From positions 1 to 41,194 of the IMG/VR virus record IMGVR_UViG_3300034116_000748: a stretch of DNA of 41,194 nt; one strand, written 5' to 3'. Below the pieces are notes generated by a model. The model saw only the letters and a program-made list of their open reading frames with translations. It made no database searches and had not been told where the DNA came from. Both the position numbers and the translations under genes were made by a program. This document shows, in pieces, positions 7,331-15,707 of this stretch. The stretch comes from a virus (Duplodnaviria > Caudoviricetes). The number at the start of each line of letters is the position of its first letter. The stretch's first letter is position 1.

Positions 7331-8055
7331 GCGTGAAGGTTATCTACCACGGCACGCCGATGACGCCCTACGAATTAGCACCTTCGTTTTATGCGGCGCT
7401 GAACGCTCTTATTAGTAGCGTCGAAGGCTATAGCTTGGCCTTAAAAATTGAGGCGATTAATACCGCTCGCCAGCGTCTTCACGAAGCATCGCCATTTAAA
7501 GACGAGCCCGTTGATTTCGTCAAATGGGTTCCCGCTGAGGCGGTAAGTGCTAACGATTACAACCCGAATAGCGTTGCGCCGCCTGAAATGGAGTTGCTGC
7601 GCCTTTCGATTATGGCTGACGGATACACGCAGCCAATCGTGACTAACCTTGAAAACGGCGTTTCGGTTGTTGTGGACGGGTTTCACCGCAACCGCGTTGG
7701 CAAAGAATGCAAGGACGTTGCGAAGCGCATCCAAGGTTATCTGCCGGTCGTTCAAATCCGCGAACAGCAAGATGATCGCGGCGACCGCATGGCATCGACC
7801 ATTCGGCACAATCGGGCACGTGGCAAGCACCGCGTCGAAGCGATGTCGGATATCGTTCTTGAACTGAAACGCCGCAATTGGTCGGACGAAAAAATCGGCA
7901 AACAGCTAGGCATGGACCCGGATGAGGTTCTGAGGCTGACACAAATTTCCGGTCTGGCGGAAATGTTTGCAGACCGCGATTTCAGCGAAGCATGGGCGCC
8001 AGGCGTCATCAACGAAAACGATGATCTTTCGATAAATGCGGAGGAGCTGGAATGA
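7327..8055 (+). CDS. ibrB: IbrB/YbdM-like ParB/Srx-domain protein
   Basis: SPFKDEPVDFVKWV...ANDYNPNSVAPPEMELLRLSIMADGYTQPIV...VVDGFHR...RMASTIRHNRARGKH...LGMDPDEVLRL. Confidence 0.9.
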   Translation: MSVKVIYHGTPMTPYELAPSFYAALNALISSVEGYSLALKIEAINTARQRLHEASPFKDEPVDFVKWVPAEAVSANDYNPNSVAPPEMELLRLSIMADGYTQPIVTNLENGVSVVVDGFHRNRVGKECKDVAKRIQGYLPVVQIREQQDDRGDRMASTIRHNRARGKHRVEAMSDIVLELKRRNWSDEKIGKQLGMDPDEVLRLTQISGLAEMFADRDFSEAWAPGVINENDDLSINAEELE

Positions 8056-8453
8056 GCCGCGTTTTTCATCATTACGAAAAGCTTGAAGAATTTCACGACG
8101 GCATGTGGCGCAACACAACCGGCGACACTCGCAAGCTTCACGTAGAGGCTTCAGCTAGCCTGATGAAAGACGCATGCGCGTTTAAAGCTGGTATGATGCG
8201 GGCGTTGGAGGAGTGGCCGCTGTCTTGCGAGCATAATCTTTCAGCCGAAAACGTGAACCGCATTGCATGGTTAGGCCATGCTGGTTGTTGCGTTGCGGTT
8301 GGCTCGCCAGAAGACTGCACAAGGGTCGCTTGGCACACGCTAAACCAAACCGAGCAAGACGCGGCAAATGCCGCCGCCGCTGATGTTTTGGCCTGTTGGA
8401 TAAAGGCCAATCAACCCAAAGACCTTTTTTCGTGGAGTGCACATGGCGCTTAA
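8052..8453 (+). CDS. Conserved hypothetical protein associated with IbrAB
   Basis: FHHYEKLEEFHDGMW...WPLSCEHNL...NRIAWLGHAGCC...TRVAW...QDAANAAA. Coupled between ibrB and ibrA. Confidence 0.8.
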   Translation: MSRVFHHYEKLEEFHDGMWRNTTGDTRKLHVEASASLMKDACAFKAGMMRALEEWPLSCEHNLSAENVNRIAWLGHAGCCVAVGSPEDCTRVAWHTLNQTEQDAANAAAADVLACWIKANQPKDLFSWSAHGA

Positions 8454-9687
8454 GAACCCAATGGGCGTGAACGTTTTAGACGCTGCGCGCCAGCGTATCG
8501 CCTGGACGTTTGATGAGTTTCCGCGCGTGTATTTGTCTTTCAGCGCCGGCAAAGACAGCACGGTTATGCTGCATCTTGTTGCGGATGAGGCGCGCAAGCG
8601 GGGGCGTAAATTTGGCCTGCTAATGGTTGACCTTGAAGGCCAGTACAAGTTGACAATTGAGCACGGCAAACGCTGCGTTGATATGTATGCGGATTGCATC
8701 GATTTGCATTGGGTTTGCCTGCCGATCCATCTCCGCAATGCGGTCAGCGTCTATGAGCCGTTCTGGAAATGCTGGGATGCAAATGCAAAAGAGGCTTGGA
8801 TACGCGAATGCCCGGAATGGGCCGTGTCAGATCCAGCCGTTTACCCGTTCTTTTTTGACGGCATGGAGTTTGAGGAATTTGTCCCGCTCTTTGGCGAATG
8901 GTATGCGCAAGGCGAAAACACGGCCTGCTTTGTTGGTATCCGAACCGATGAAAGCTTGAACCGTTTCCGCACGATTGTGCAGTCCAAAAAAGAGACGTGG
9001 AAGGGTGAACGCTACACGTCAAAAATCACTGACAACGTTTATAATTGCTACCCGATTTACGATTGGAAAAGCGCAGACCTTTGGACCTATCACGCGCGCA
9101 ATCCTGATCGCCCTTCAAACAAGCTTTATGACCTGATGCACAAGGCGGGCGTGCCAATGGGTCATATGCGCATCTGCCAGCCCTACGGAGACGACCAGAG
9201 GCGTGGGTTGTGGCTGTTCCATCTGATCGAACCAGAGACGTGGGCGCGCGTTGTGGCCCGCGTGAACGGCGCAAATGGCGGCGCGCTTTATGTTCAAGAA
9301 TGGGGAAACATCAACGGGTATCGCGGCATCACGAAGCCAAATGGCCATACGTGGAAATCGTTTGCTGAGCTTCTCGTCAACTCAATGCCTCCGAAGACAA
9401 AGGAGCATTATCAAAACAAGATTGTGCTGTTTCAGAAATGGTGGATGGCGCGAGGATATGAAAACGGCATCCCGGATGAAGCCCATTACGAGATGGAAGC
9501 GGCGAGGCGGGCTCCGTCATGGCGACGTGTCTGCAAATCTCTTCTCCGCAATGATTATTGGGGGAAGGGCATGGGCTTTTCTCAGCACAAGTCGGCGGCA
9601 TATCAAAAATATCTCGATCTAATGAAGCGCCGAAAGGCGTCCTGGGGCGTCAAAAGCGAACAGCTCTCACTGGAGCTTGTAACATGA
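8443..9687 (+). CDS. ibrA: IbrA/YbdN-like PAPS-reductase (PP-loop) + DUF3440 protein
   Basis: SFSAGKDS PP-loop, WVCLP...RNAVS, GIRTDESLNR, YPIYDW, MRICQPYGDDQRRGL, PSWRRVCKSLLRNDYW. Confidence 0.92.
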   Translation: MALKNPMGVNVLDAARQRIAWTFDEFPRVYLSFSAGKDSTVMLHLVADEARKRGRKFGLLMVDLEGQYKLTIEHGKRCVDMYADCIDLHWVCLPIHLRNAVSVYEPFWKCWDANAKEAWIRECPEWAVSDPAVYPFFFDGMEFEEFVPLFGEWYAQGENTACFVGIRTDESLNRFRTIVQSKKETWKGERYTSKITDNVYNCYPIYDWKSADLWTYHARNPDRPSNKLYDLMHKAGVPMGHMRICQPYGDDQRRGLWLFHLIEPETWARVVARVNGANGGALYVQEWGNINGYRGITKPNGHTWKSFAELLVNSMPPKTKEHYQNKIVLFQKWWMARGYENGIPDEAHYEMEAARRAPSWRRVCKSLLRNDYWGKGMGFSQHKSAAYQKYLDLMKRRKASWGVKSEQLSLELVT

Positions 9688-9866
9688 CCCTCTCCAACGT
9701 CATTCCCCTCCGCCCCCACGCGCCCATCGCCATCCCCGACGACACGATCCGCGCCGACTGCGAGCGCCTGATGCGGAGGCTTGTGCGTGACGGCCGCACG
9801 CCTGAGGCCGAATTGCGGCTGCTGGCTGATCTTCTGGACCACATCATTGTGCGGGTGGAGACATGA
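9684..9866 (+). CDS. Hypothetical protein (60 aa)
   Basis: MTLSNVIPLRP..., ATGA-coupled to ibrA with a GGAG RBS. Confidence 0.6.
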   Translation: MTLSNVIPLRPHAPIAIPDDTIRADCERLMRRLVRDGRTPEAELRLLADLLDHIIVRVET

Positions 9867-9982
9867 CCCCCGACGAAATCGACCTCCTCTATCAATCCGT
9901 GATGCTCGCCGCGCCCATGGCGTTGGTGGGCGTGGTGATGTTCCTGGCGGTGTGGTTGTGGCCGATGGGAGGGAAGCGGTGA
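9863..9982 (+). CDS. Small single-TM protein (39 aa), not in ORF track
   Basis: MTPDEIDLLYQSVMLAAPMALVGVVMFLAVWLWPMGGKR, coupled on both sides. Confidence 0.55.
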   Translation: MTPDEIDLLYQSVMLAAPMALVGVVMFLAVWLWPMGGKR

Positions 9983-10386
9983 CTGACCTAGACCCCCGCG
10001 CGCTGGAGGCGGCTGCAAGATCTGTCTATAATGCTGACGGACCTCACGTTCACCATTGGGACGTCCAACACCCAAGCCGAGCTGATGAGTTTCGCTACCT
10101 CGCCCGCGCCGCCGTCACCGCGTATCTTGAAGCTTCCGCGTCAGGTGCCTCCTTGCCCACCAATGACGCCTGCGCGCTCCCCGGCGGCGTGGAAGAAAGC
10201 CGGGACCAATACCCCGCCCCTCCAGCAGCACAGGACCACCGCCCGCCAGAAATCTGCATCGGTCAGTTCGTCATCCGACACGCGCCCAACGGCATTTGGA
10301 TAGGCCGCACTGACGGCGAGGGCGGGGAGTTTGGGACCGAACAAGTCGAGCACGCCATTGCGCAATTCTACCGCGCGAACTTTTAG
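9979..10386 (+). CDS. Hypothetical protein
   Basis: GTG start after GGAGGG. ALEAAARSVY...FRYLARAAVTAY, C-terminal IWIGRTDGEGGEF. Confidence 0.65.
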   Translation: MTDLDPRALEAAARSVYNADGPHVHHWDVQHPSRADEFRYLARAAVTAYLEASASGASLPTNDACALPGGVEESRDQYPAPPAAQDHRPPEICIGQFVIRHAPNGIWIGRTDGEGGEFGTEQVEHAIAQFYRANF

Positions 10387-10405
10387 CAGCACAGGAGAAG
10401 AAGTG

Positions 10406-10711
10406 ATGATCGAGTTTCTGCATGATTTTCTTGGGCGCATGGTGCGTCGCAAGGATACGAAAGAAGCCGTCAACTGGGTCGCGAAAGACGATGACGACGG
10501 CCTCGTGAACCTTATTGCCATTCGCGACCGCAAGCCATGCTTTGCGCGGCTTTCAATAATGCAAGCAGAAGACGGGCTAGTCCGATTTTGCGAGGGTAAA
10601 TACGGCGTTGAGCTTACGGCAGACGGCCTCAAGGCAATCTCGCGCGCAAGCAAAGAGCGCATTCTTGCGGCAACGAAAATCGCCCATTTGCCAGTGGACC
10701 CCCGCCCATGA
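10406..10711 (+). CDS. Hypothetical protein
   Basis: AGGAG RBS, ATGA-coupled to the next gene. Confidence 0.6.
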   Translation: MIEFLHDFLGRMVRRKDTKEAVNWVAKDDDDGLVNLIAIRDRKPCFARLSIMQAEDGLVRFCEGKYGVELTADGLKAISRASKERILAATKIAHLPVDPRP

Positions 10712-11139
10712 GCACGACGAGTGAGATTGCAGAACTCAGGGAGCGGGTCGCTAAGGCGACGGGGCCGGATCGGGAATTGGATGGCCTGATTGAGCAGGCG
10801 TTGGGTATACTGCCCAGCGACGCGTACTGGAGCGCCAGCAACGTTTACGGCGATGTGGTAGCGCATTGGATCAGCGGCGGTTATGGCGCGTACAAGTATC
10901 ATGAACCTGAAGCACTCACCGCCAGCCTAGACGCCGCCATCGCTCTGGTGGAGATGAAGCTGCCTGGCTGGGGCTGGTGTTGCGAGAAGACGTGCGCCGG
11001 ATTGTGTCGCGCGGTCGTGTGGCATCCCTTGGCAAAGATGCACGATTGGCGGGCCAGCGCACACACACCCGCCCTCGCGCTTATCGCAGCCCTCCTTGAA
11101 GCACTTGAAGCCCGCAAAGCCTTGGGAGTGTCGGTATGA
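10708..11139 (+). CDS. Phage ABA-sandwich-like protein
   Basis: ATGPDRELDxxI...LTASLDAAIALVExxLPGWGW...TPALALIAALL pattern. Confidence 0.65.
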   Translation: MSTTSEIAELRERVAKATGPDRELDGLIEQALGILPSDAYWSASNVYGDVVAHWISGGYGAYKYHEPEALTASLDAAIALVEMKLPGWGWCCEKTCAGLCRAVVWHPLAKMHDWRASAHTPALALIAALLEALEARKALGVSV

Positions 11140-11423
11140 GCACGACAGCGGAGATTATCGCAAAGCTTGAGGCTGAAGCATTCGACGCTGAAGAAACCGC
11201 GCGTGTGTGGGGTGGCGAGTCGCAATGCGCGCCGCCTCTACGCGCCGCAGCCCTTCGGCTTGACGAGCTGGAGCGGGAGAATGCGAGGATGCGCGCCGCT
11301 CTTGAGCGCGTCCGTTCGGAACTTGAAATGCACATAAACTGGAAGCCGACCGGAGTGGCCGTCGAGGTTGCTATCGCGTTTGAAATAGCGCGGGAAGCAC
11401 TAGCGGGGAGCGGGGAGAAGTGA
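11136..11423 (+). CDS. Hypothetical coiled-coil protein
   Basis: ATGA-coupled. LDELERENARMRAALE...IAREAL. Confidence 0.65.
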   Translation: MSTTAEIIAKLEAEAFDAEETARVWGGESQCAPPLRAAALRLDELERENARMRAALERVRSELEMHINWKPTGVAVEVAIAFEIAREALAGSGEK

Positions 11424-11686
11424 GCAGAGCCGCAGCGATTGCAATGCTGTTTCTGGCGGGGTGCAGCTATTCAGAAGGGCCGCGCTATGCTGAAGGCCAA
11501 GCCTGTTGGGAACAGCACAAGGATTACGTGATCTGCTACACCAAATGCGCGGCGATGAACCCGCGCGACGGCATAGCTTCAGATTATTGCCTTCGCGGCG
11601 TTGACGAGGCCGCTACAACCTCTCCAGCACCAGCGCGAACCACACCAGCGCGCTTGCGCCTGAAATCGCCAGCAACAGCGTCTTGA
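11420..11686 (+). CDS. Putative lipoprotein
   Basis: MSRAAAIAMLFLAGC lipobox plus four further Cys. Confidence 0.55.
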   Translation: MSRAAAIAMLFLAGCSYSEGPRYAEGQACWEQHKDYVICYTKCAAMNPRDGIASDYCLRGVDEAATTSPAPARTTPARLRLKSPATAS

Positions 11687-11705
11687 GGAACGGCACGTAC
11701 CTCAT
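11613..11705 (-). CDS. Putative 30-aa membrane peptide, not in ORF track
   Basis: MRYVPFLKTLLLAISGASALVWFALVLERL, ATGA-coupled to 11702..11923. Confidence 0.4.
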   Translation of the reverse strand: MRYVPFLKTLLLAISGASALVWFALVLERL

Positions 11706-11923
11706 TGCCGCACATGCACCCGGATAACCCGTTCGGGGTAGAACCGCCCGCCAGCTTCCACGAGGCATTGCCCGTCGCGGTAGCTCACGCGCAGGCCACT
11801 ATCAGCCCAGCGCGCCGCGCAGTCTTGCGCATGGCCGGCCACGAACGCCCACGCGCCGACGGCCCCGGCGACACACAGCGCGAAAGCGCCGAGCATCGCC
11901 GGGTTCGTTACACGTACCTGCAA
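11702..11923 (-). CDS. Small exported/membrane-anchored protein
   Basis: N-terminal hydrophobic segment and two Cys in the soluble part. Start uncertain. Confidence 0.55.
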   Translation of the reverse strand: MQVRVTNPAMLGAFALCVAGAVGAWAFVAGHAQDCAARWADSGLRVSYRDGQCLVEAGGRFYPERVIRVHVRQ

Positions 11924-11925
11924 GG

Positions 11926-12198
11926 TTAGCTGAACTTCGGCCGCAGCGACCAGAGCATGTGCCAGACGATCAGCCAGACGGCATACAGCGCGAGGCCGTC
12001 GAGGATGGTGTCCAGCCCGATGGATTTGTCATCGAACGGGTTCAGGCCGATCAGGCGAACGCCGACCAGCCAGGTTACGATTGCGACGTAGAAGAACCGG
12101 CGAACATTCATCCAGTTCACGGCGCCCCCCTTGCTTGTGATTTCCAGCCCGAGAATGTTCACGTCAAGTCTCCTATGTTTTGCAAATGGCGGCATCAA
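11926..12198 (-). CDS. Small two-TM membrane protein (holin/antiholin candidate)
   Basis: FFYVAIVTWLVGVRLIG and LALYAVWLIVWHMLW hydrophobic segments, downstream of the spanins. The true start may be 12120 or 12111. Confidence 0.55.
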   Translation of the reverse strand: MMPPFAKHRRLDVNILGLEITSKGGAVNWMNVRRFFYVAIVTWLVGVRLIGLNPFDDKSIGLDTILDGLALYAVWLIVWHMLWSLRPKFS

Positions 12199-12448
12199 AC
12201 GCCGGAGGCCGCTTCTCCGGACAAGCGCAGAAGATCGCGTTGTTGTGGTCCCCGATTGCCTCGGCGGTCGGGAGCGTCAGCACGTCGCCGCGCGAGATGA
12301 GGATCGGCGTCCCCGTGGTGCAGAGCGCCTCTTTCCAGATCGCGCCGCTAGTCGCGGAAATGATATTGGGGGAGGCTTTTGGTTCCGTCTGGCAGCTCGA
12401 CAACAGCGGTATGGCTGCGCACAGCGTCAGCCTTGCGAACGACTTCAT
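12173..12448 (-). CDS. o-spanin (Rz1-like lipoprotein)
   Basis: MKSFARLTLCAAIPLLSSC lipobox, partly overlapping the i-spanin in another frame, with periplasmic Cys. Confidence 0.8.
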   Translation of the reverse strand: MKSFARLTLCAAIPLLSSCQTEPKASPNIISATSGAIWKEALCTTGTPILISRGDVLTLPTAEAIGDHNNAIFCACPEKRPPAFDAAICKT

Positions 12449-12650
12449 TTGTGTTTTCCGTGATCTGAGTGATAACTGCGGTTTCGACTTCAGCCGCTTC
12501 CTTGTCGCGCGCGTCGTTCACTTCCCTGCGGATGCGCTTGTCGTGTTGCGACAGCAGGAACTTGCCGGTCAGCGCCATCATGAACAGCGCGCCGCACCAC
12601 ATGAGCGCAGTGCGCGCCCATTGTGGCAGGCCCATCCACAGCGCCATCAT
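12348..12650 (-). CDS. i-spanin (Rz-like)
   Basis: N-terminal TM then a charged helical periplasmic part, immediately after the endolysin. Confidence 0.75.
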   Translation of the reverse strand: MMALWMGLPQWARTALMWCGALFMMALTGKFLLSQHDKRIRREVNDARDKEAAEVETAVITQITENTNEVVRKADAVRSHTAVVELPDGTKSLPQYHFRD

Positions 12651-13822
12651 TTGAGAGGCCGTGTCGCTTTGCGTTCGCCCCAGTGCTGGACGGCTTCCCC
12701 GATCACCATGACCATGAAGCCTGAGAACATCTCCATCACGAGCGGATCAGAAACAGCCCCAAGAACCGCGTTGCTGCCAGTTTTGAGCATCCACACACGG
12801 CCCGCCACAACCAGGAGAAGGCCCCAAAATCGGCGGGAGTAGATCATCGACTTGGCATTCGCAGACCACTCCTCCGACTTTCTCGCAGCGTCTACAGCGC
12901 CGGTCTGTTGGCCGATGGGAACGGGCGGATCTGGCAAACGTGGCGGCGGCGCAGGCTTAACCGGCGGCGGTGGCGGCTGGGGAGCCGGGACCACCACCGC
13001 CGGCCCTGCGACAGCGGGACCACTCGGCTGCACAGGAACGTGGGCAGATACCAGCGGAGGGGGGTTGGGCTGGGGGGCTTCCTTCTCCGCTGGCTCCGCA
13101 TCGCCTGTCGCCGGCACGGCTTCAGGCTCAGCTTTGACGGGTTCGGGCTTGACCAGCTCGGACCACTGTTTCTTGAGAATGTGAGACGTGTCGGGCGGCT
13201 TCGACGTGTCGAGCCGCGCACGCATGAGGGTGTCTTCCAGAGACGTGCTTTCGTTGGCGTCGATCTGCCCGCCTTCGGTCACTTGCAGCTTGATCACGCT
13301 AATGCTGCACGCGTTCTCCCACGGGAGGTCGCAGAACAGGCACGCCTCAGCCAGCCTTCGCCGGTAGAGGCCCTTAAGCGGCTTGCCACCTGCGCGGCAG
13401 TTGCGCGGGAATTGCAACAGCGCCGAGCCGTAGCTGCCCGGCGTCATCACCTTGCCCGCGTCTGTCACGCCGCCGTTGAGGCACGCCTTCATCGATTTTG
13501 GGACGTAGCCTAGATTGAAGACGAGACTTGCAAGCGCATCGAACTCGCCTTGCGTGAGCGGCACTGTGATCTGGTCGCGCACAATCTGCGCGTGTCGTGC
13601 CACGTCTTCGTCAAGCAGTGCGTCGGCCTCTGACAGCGTAATGCGCTTACCCACGACAGCTACAGGCCCGGTCCTGCCGTATCCGATGGTCGGGATGCCG
13701 ATAGGGTCAAGGTAGCCGGTAAGGCTCAACCCCTCGAAGTGCCGGATAAGGTCTAGCGCGGCCTTCGACGGGTACAACTCACTCGGCGGCCTTCGGCGTA
13801 GTATCTCGATTGCCATTGTCAT
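12647..13822 (-). CDS. Endolysin, GH24 lysozyme with Pro-rich linker and C-terminal 2-TM domain
   Basis: E-x8-D-x5-T triad (FEGLSLTGYLDPIGIPTIGYG), LTQGEFDALASLVFNLG, GLYRRRLAEA. Confidence 0.92.
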   Translation of the reverse strand: MTMAIEILRRRPPSELYPSKAALDLIRHFEGLSLTGYLDPIGIPTIGYGRTGPVAVVGKRITLSEADALLDEDVARHAQIVRDQITVPLTQGEFDALASLVFNLGYVPKSMKACLNGGVTDAGKVMTPGSYGSALLQFPRNCRAGGKPLKGLYRRRLAEACLFCDLPWENACSISVIKLQVTEGGQIDANESTSLEDTLMRARLDTSKPPDTSHILKKQWSELVKPEPVKAEPEAVPATGDAEPAEKEAPQPNPPPLVSAHVPVQPSGPAVAGPAVVVPAPQPPPPPVKPAPPPRLPDPPVPIGQQTGAVDAARKSEEWSANAKSMIYSRRFWGLLLVVAGRVWMLKTGSNAVLGAVSDPLVMEMFSGFMVMVIGEAVQHWGERKATRPLK

Positions 13823-14810
13823 CCTCCGAGAGATCGGCTTTGGTTTCGGTTCGCGCTTTGCGCATGTCTTCGATCAGGCGGCGGCGCGACGTGGTGCGAC
13901 CCCCGCGTGATCCGTTCTCTTGCGCCTTGCGCCTGCGAGCGTCTGCGAGGTGCATCTTGTAGAGCGCGTGAGGCATGAAGATGCAGATCGTGTCGCCCAC
14001 CATGATCCAGAATGCGAGGAACAGGACGCCAGCGACGTAAATCCACCAATCGTCAGGGTTCGGGTTCCACGTGAACAGTTGAGCGATGCCGACAAACAGC
14101 GGCGCCCATTTCTCGGTCGTGGCAATTTCCTGCGTGGCTTCCGTCTGCGCTGCACCGCCTGAGACGGTCAAATCCGTGATGCGTTTGTCGATTTCTGCAA
14201 TTGCAGCTCGCGCATTGTCGCGCTCGATCTTCTGATCCTTGCGGTATTCATCCGCAAGATCGTCATTGTCGAGACCGTCGCCCGTAATCTTGTCGATGCT
14301 GGATTGCAGGTTGGCGAGCTGGTTATCCCGCGTTTCCTGAATGCCCCGTTTTTGTTCTTTGAGCTCGGCAATGACTTGGTCATTGGACTTCGCGGCAACG
14401 TCTGCCGTCTGCTCGACAGCAATCGCATTAGACCGCTTGCCCTCAAGCGCCTTCAGACCAAACCCCAGCGCATGAGCCACAACCAGCAGCGTTACGACAA
14501 CGCCGATGACTTTGATCCATGCAGCCTCATGATCCATGCCGAGCGATTTCAGCTTGACTGTGAAGACGAGGAAAATCGCGGCAAACAGCCGGAACATCCA
14601 GCCGATGTGCATAAACAGGTCGGGGTCTACGCCTGAGTTCTCCCCAAGGCCCCGACTGAAATAGCCGTCCATTTGCAGGAAGCTGAAGAAGATCACGCCG
14701 ACAATCAGCCAGCCAAGGATAAGCGCCCACGAGCCAATGACCCACTCTGCGGCTTCGTCCCTGACCCACCGGCCAGCAGACGCCCACTCCGCTTTGGTGG
14801 GGGCTCTCAA
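13779..14810 (-). CDS. Multi-pass membrane protein with coiled coil
   Basis: Three N-terminal TMs, about 120 aa coiled coil, one or two C-terminal TMs and a basic tail. Confidence 0.75.
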   Translation of the reverse strand: MRAPTKAEWASAGRWVRDEAAEWVIGSWALILGWLIVGVIFFSFLQMDGYFSRGLGENSGVDPDLFMHIGWMFRLFAAIFLVFTVKLKSLGMDHEAAWIKVIGVVVTLLVVAHALGFGLKALEGKRSNAIAVEQTADVAAKSNDQVIAELKEQKRGIQETRDNQLANLQSSIDKITGDGLDNDDLADEYRKDQKIERDNARAAIAEIDKRITDLTVSGGAAQTEATQEIATTEKWAPLFVGIAQLFTWNPNPDDWWIYVAGVLFLAFWIMVGDTICIFMPHALYKMHLADARRRKAQENGSRGGRTTSRRRLIEDMRKARTETKADLSEDDNGNRDTTPKAAE

Positions 14811-15214
14811 CGGCCCAGCCCCTGAAACTCAGCCCATCTCTCCAGGCCAAGCTGCATCACCGCGAAGCAACCCACGGCCATTAGCGCCCAGCCAAAAGCG
14901 GGAATTCGTGACCAGCCCGAAATCTTCTGCGTGTCCTGTACCTGCGCGATTTCACGCTTGTGGACTGACAGGTCAGTGCGGAGATGTTCGATTGTCTCAA
15001 CAAGTTTCTGGAGCGCGTGGCGGACTTCCTGGCTGTCGGATTGGAGCGATGCGAACTTGGTCCGCATTTCGGTTTCGATAGCTGTCACCTTCGCTGCGAT
15101 CTGCTCCACGTCTTCTCCGTTAGCCTTGCGTTTCCGCAGTTGTTCAAAATCCTCCGCAACCTCACGCAATTCACGCTTGAGCGCCTTGAAGCGCTCGTTG
15201 AAATCGTCATCCAT
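14807..15214 (-). CDS. Coiled-coil protein with C-terminal TM (holin/XhlA-like position)
   Basis: MDDDFNERFKALKRELREV... heptads, then FGWALMAVGCFAVMQLGL. Start at 15214 after GCTGGGAAA. Confidence 0.7.
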   Translation of the reverse strand: MDDDFNERFKALKRELREVAEDFEQLRKRKANGEDVEQIAAKVTAIETEMRTKFASLQSDSQEVRHALQKLVETIEHLRTDLSVHKREIAQVQDTQKISGWSRIPAFGWALMAVGCFAVMQLGLERWAEFQGLGR

Positions 15215-15239
15215 TTTCCCAGCCTTTCGGTTTAGGGCG

Positions 15240-15707
15240 TCAGGCTTCGAGCCAGCGCCCCAGCGTCTGCCGTCTCTCAAGGTCTTGCAGTTCGGATTGC
15301 TCCTCGCCCGTGAGGCCGAGGGAGCCGTCTTCATTCACCCGGATTTCCGGGGCCATCAGGTAGTGACGCAGCTCGCGCAGCCGTTGCGACAGGCGCACGC
15401 GCGCATCGTCCAGCGTCTCGTCTGCAAGCATCAGGTCTGCGAAGTGTGTCTCCGGCTCCGGATCTGGCGTCGGCTCCGGTATCGTCTCGAGCTCCGCGAT
15501 GCGCCGGCGTAGGGCTTCGTTCTCGGCTGCGAGGTCAACCGTTGGCTCTGGAGCGACTTCCACAACCGGCGCATCAGCCATGCCGCCGCTGGCCCAGATG
15601 CCAGGTCGTCTCGGCCTGTTGCGAGGGGGAGGCGCAGACGCGCCAAGCATCCGCGCCATATGCTCCGCATAGTTGTCGAATTGCTGCTTCGGTGTGCGCG
15701 TCATCAC
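15240..15707 (-). CDS. Hypothetical protein
   Basis: 155 aa, GTGA-coupled, with an acidic Pro-rich middle. Confidence 0.7.
   Translation of the reverse strand: MMTRTPKQQFDNYAEHMARMLGASAPPPRNRPRRPGIWASGGMADAPVVEVAPEPTVDLAAENEALRRRIAELETIPEPTPDPEPETHFADLMLADETLDDARVRLSQRLRELRHYLMAPEIRVNEDGSLGLTGEEQSELQDLERRQTLGRWLEA

Noticed and set aside
7327-8055. ParB as evidence of a plasmid-prophage partition system
   Set aside because: It is the IbrB subtype linked to IbrA, and no ParA or parS array was seen.
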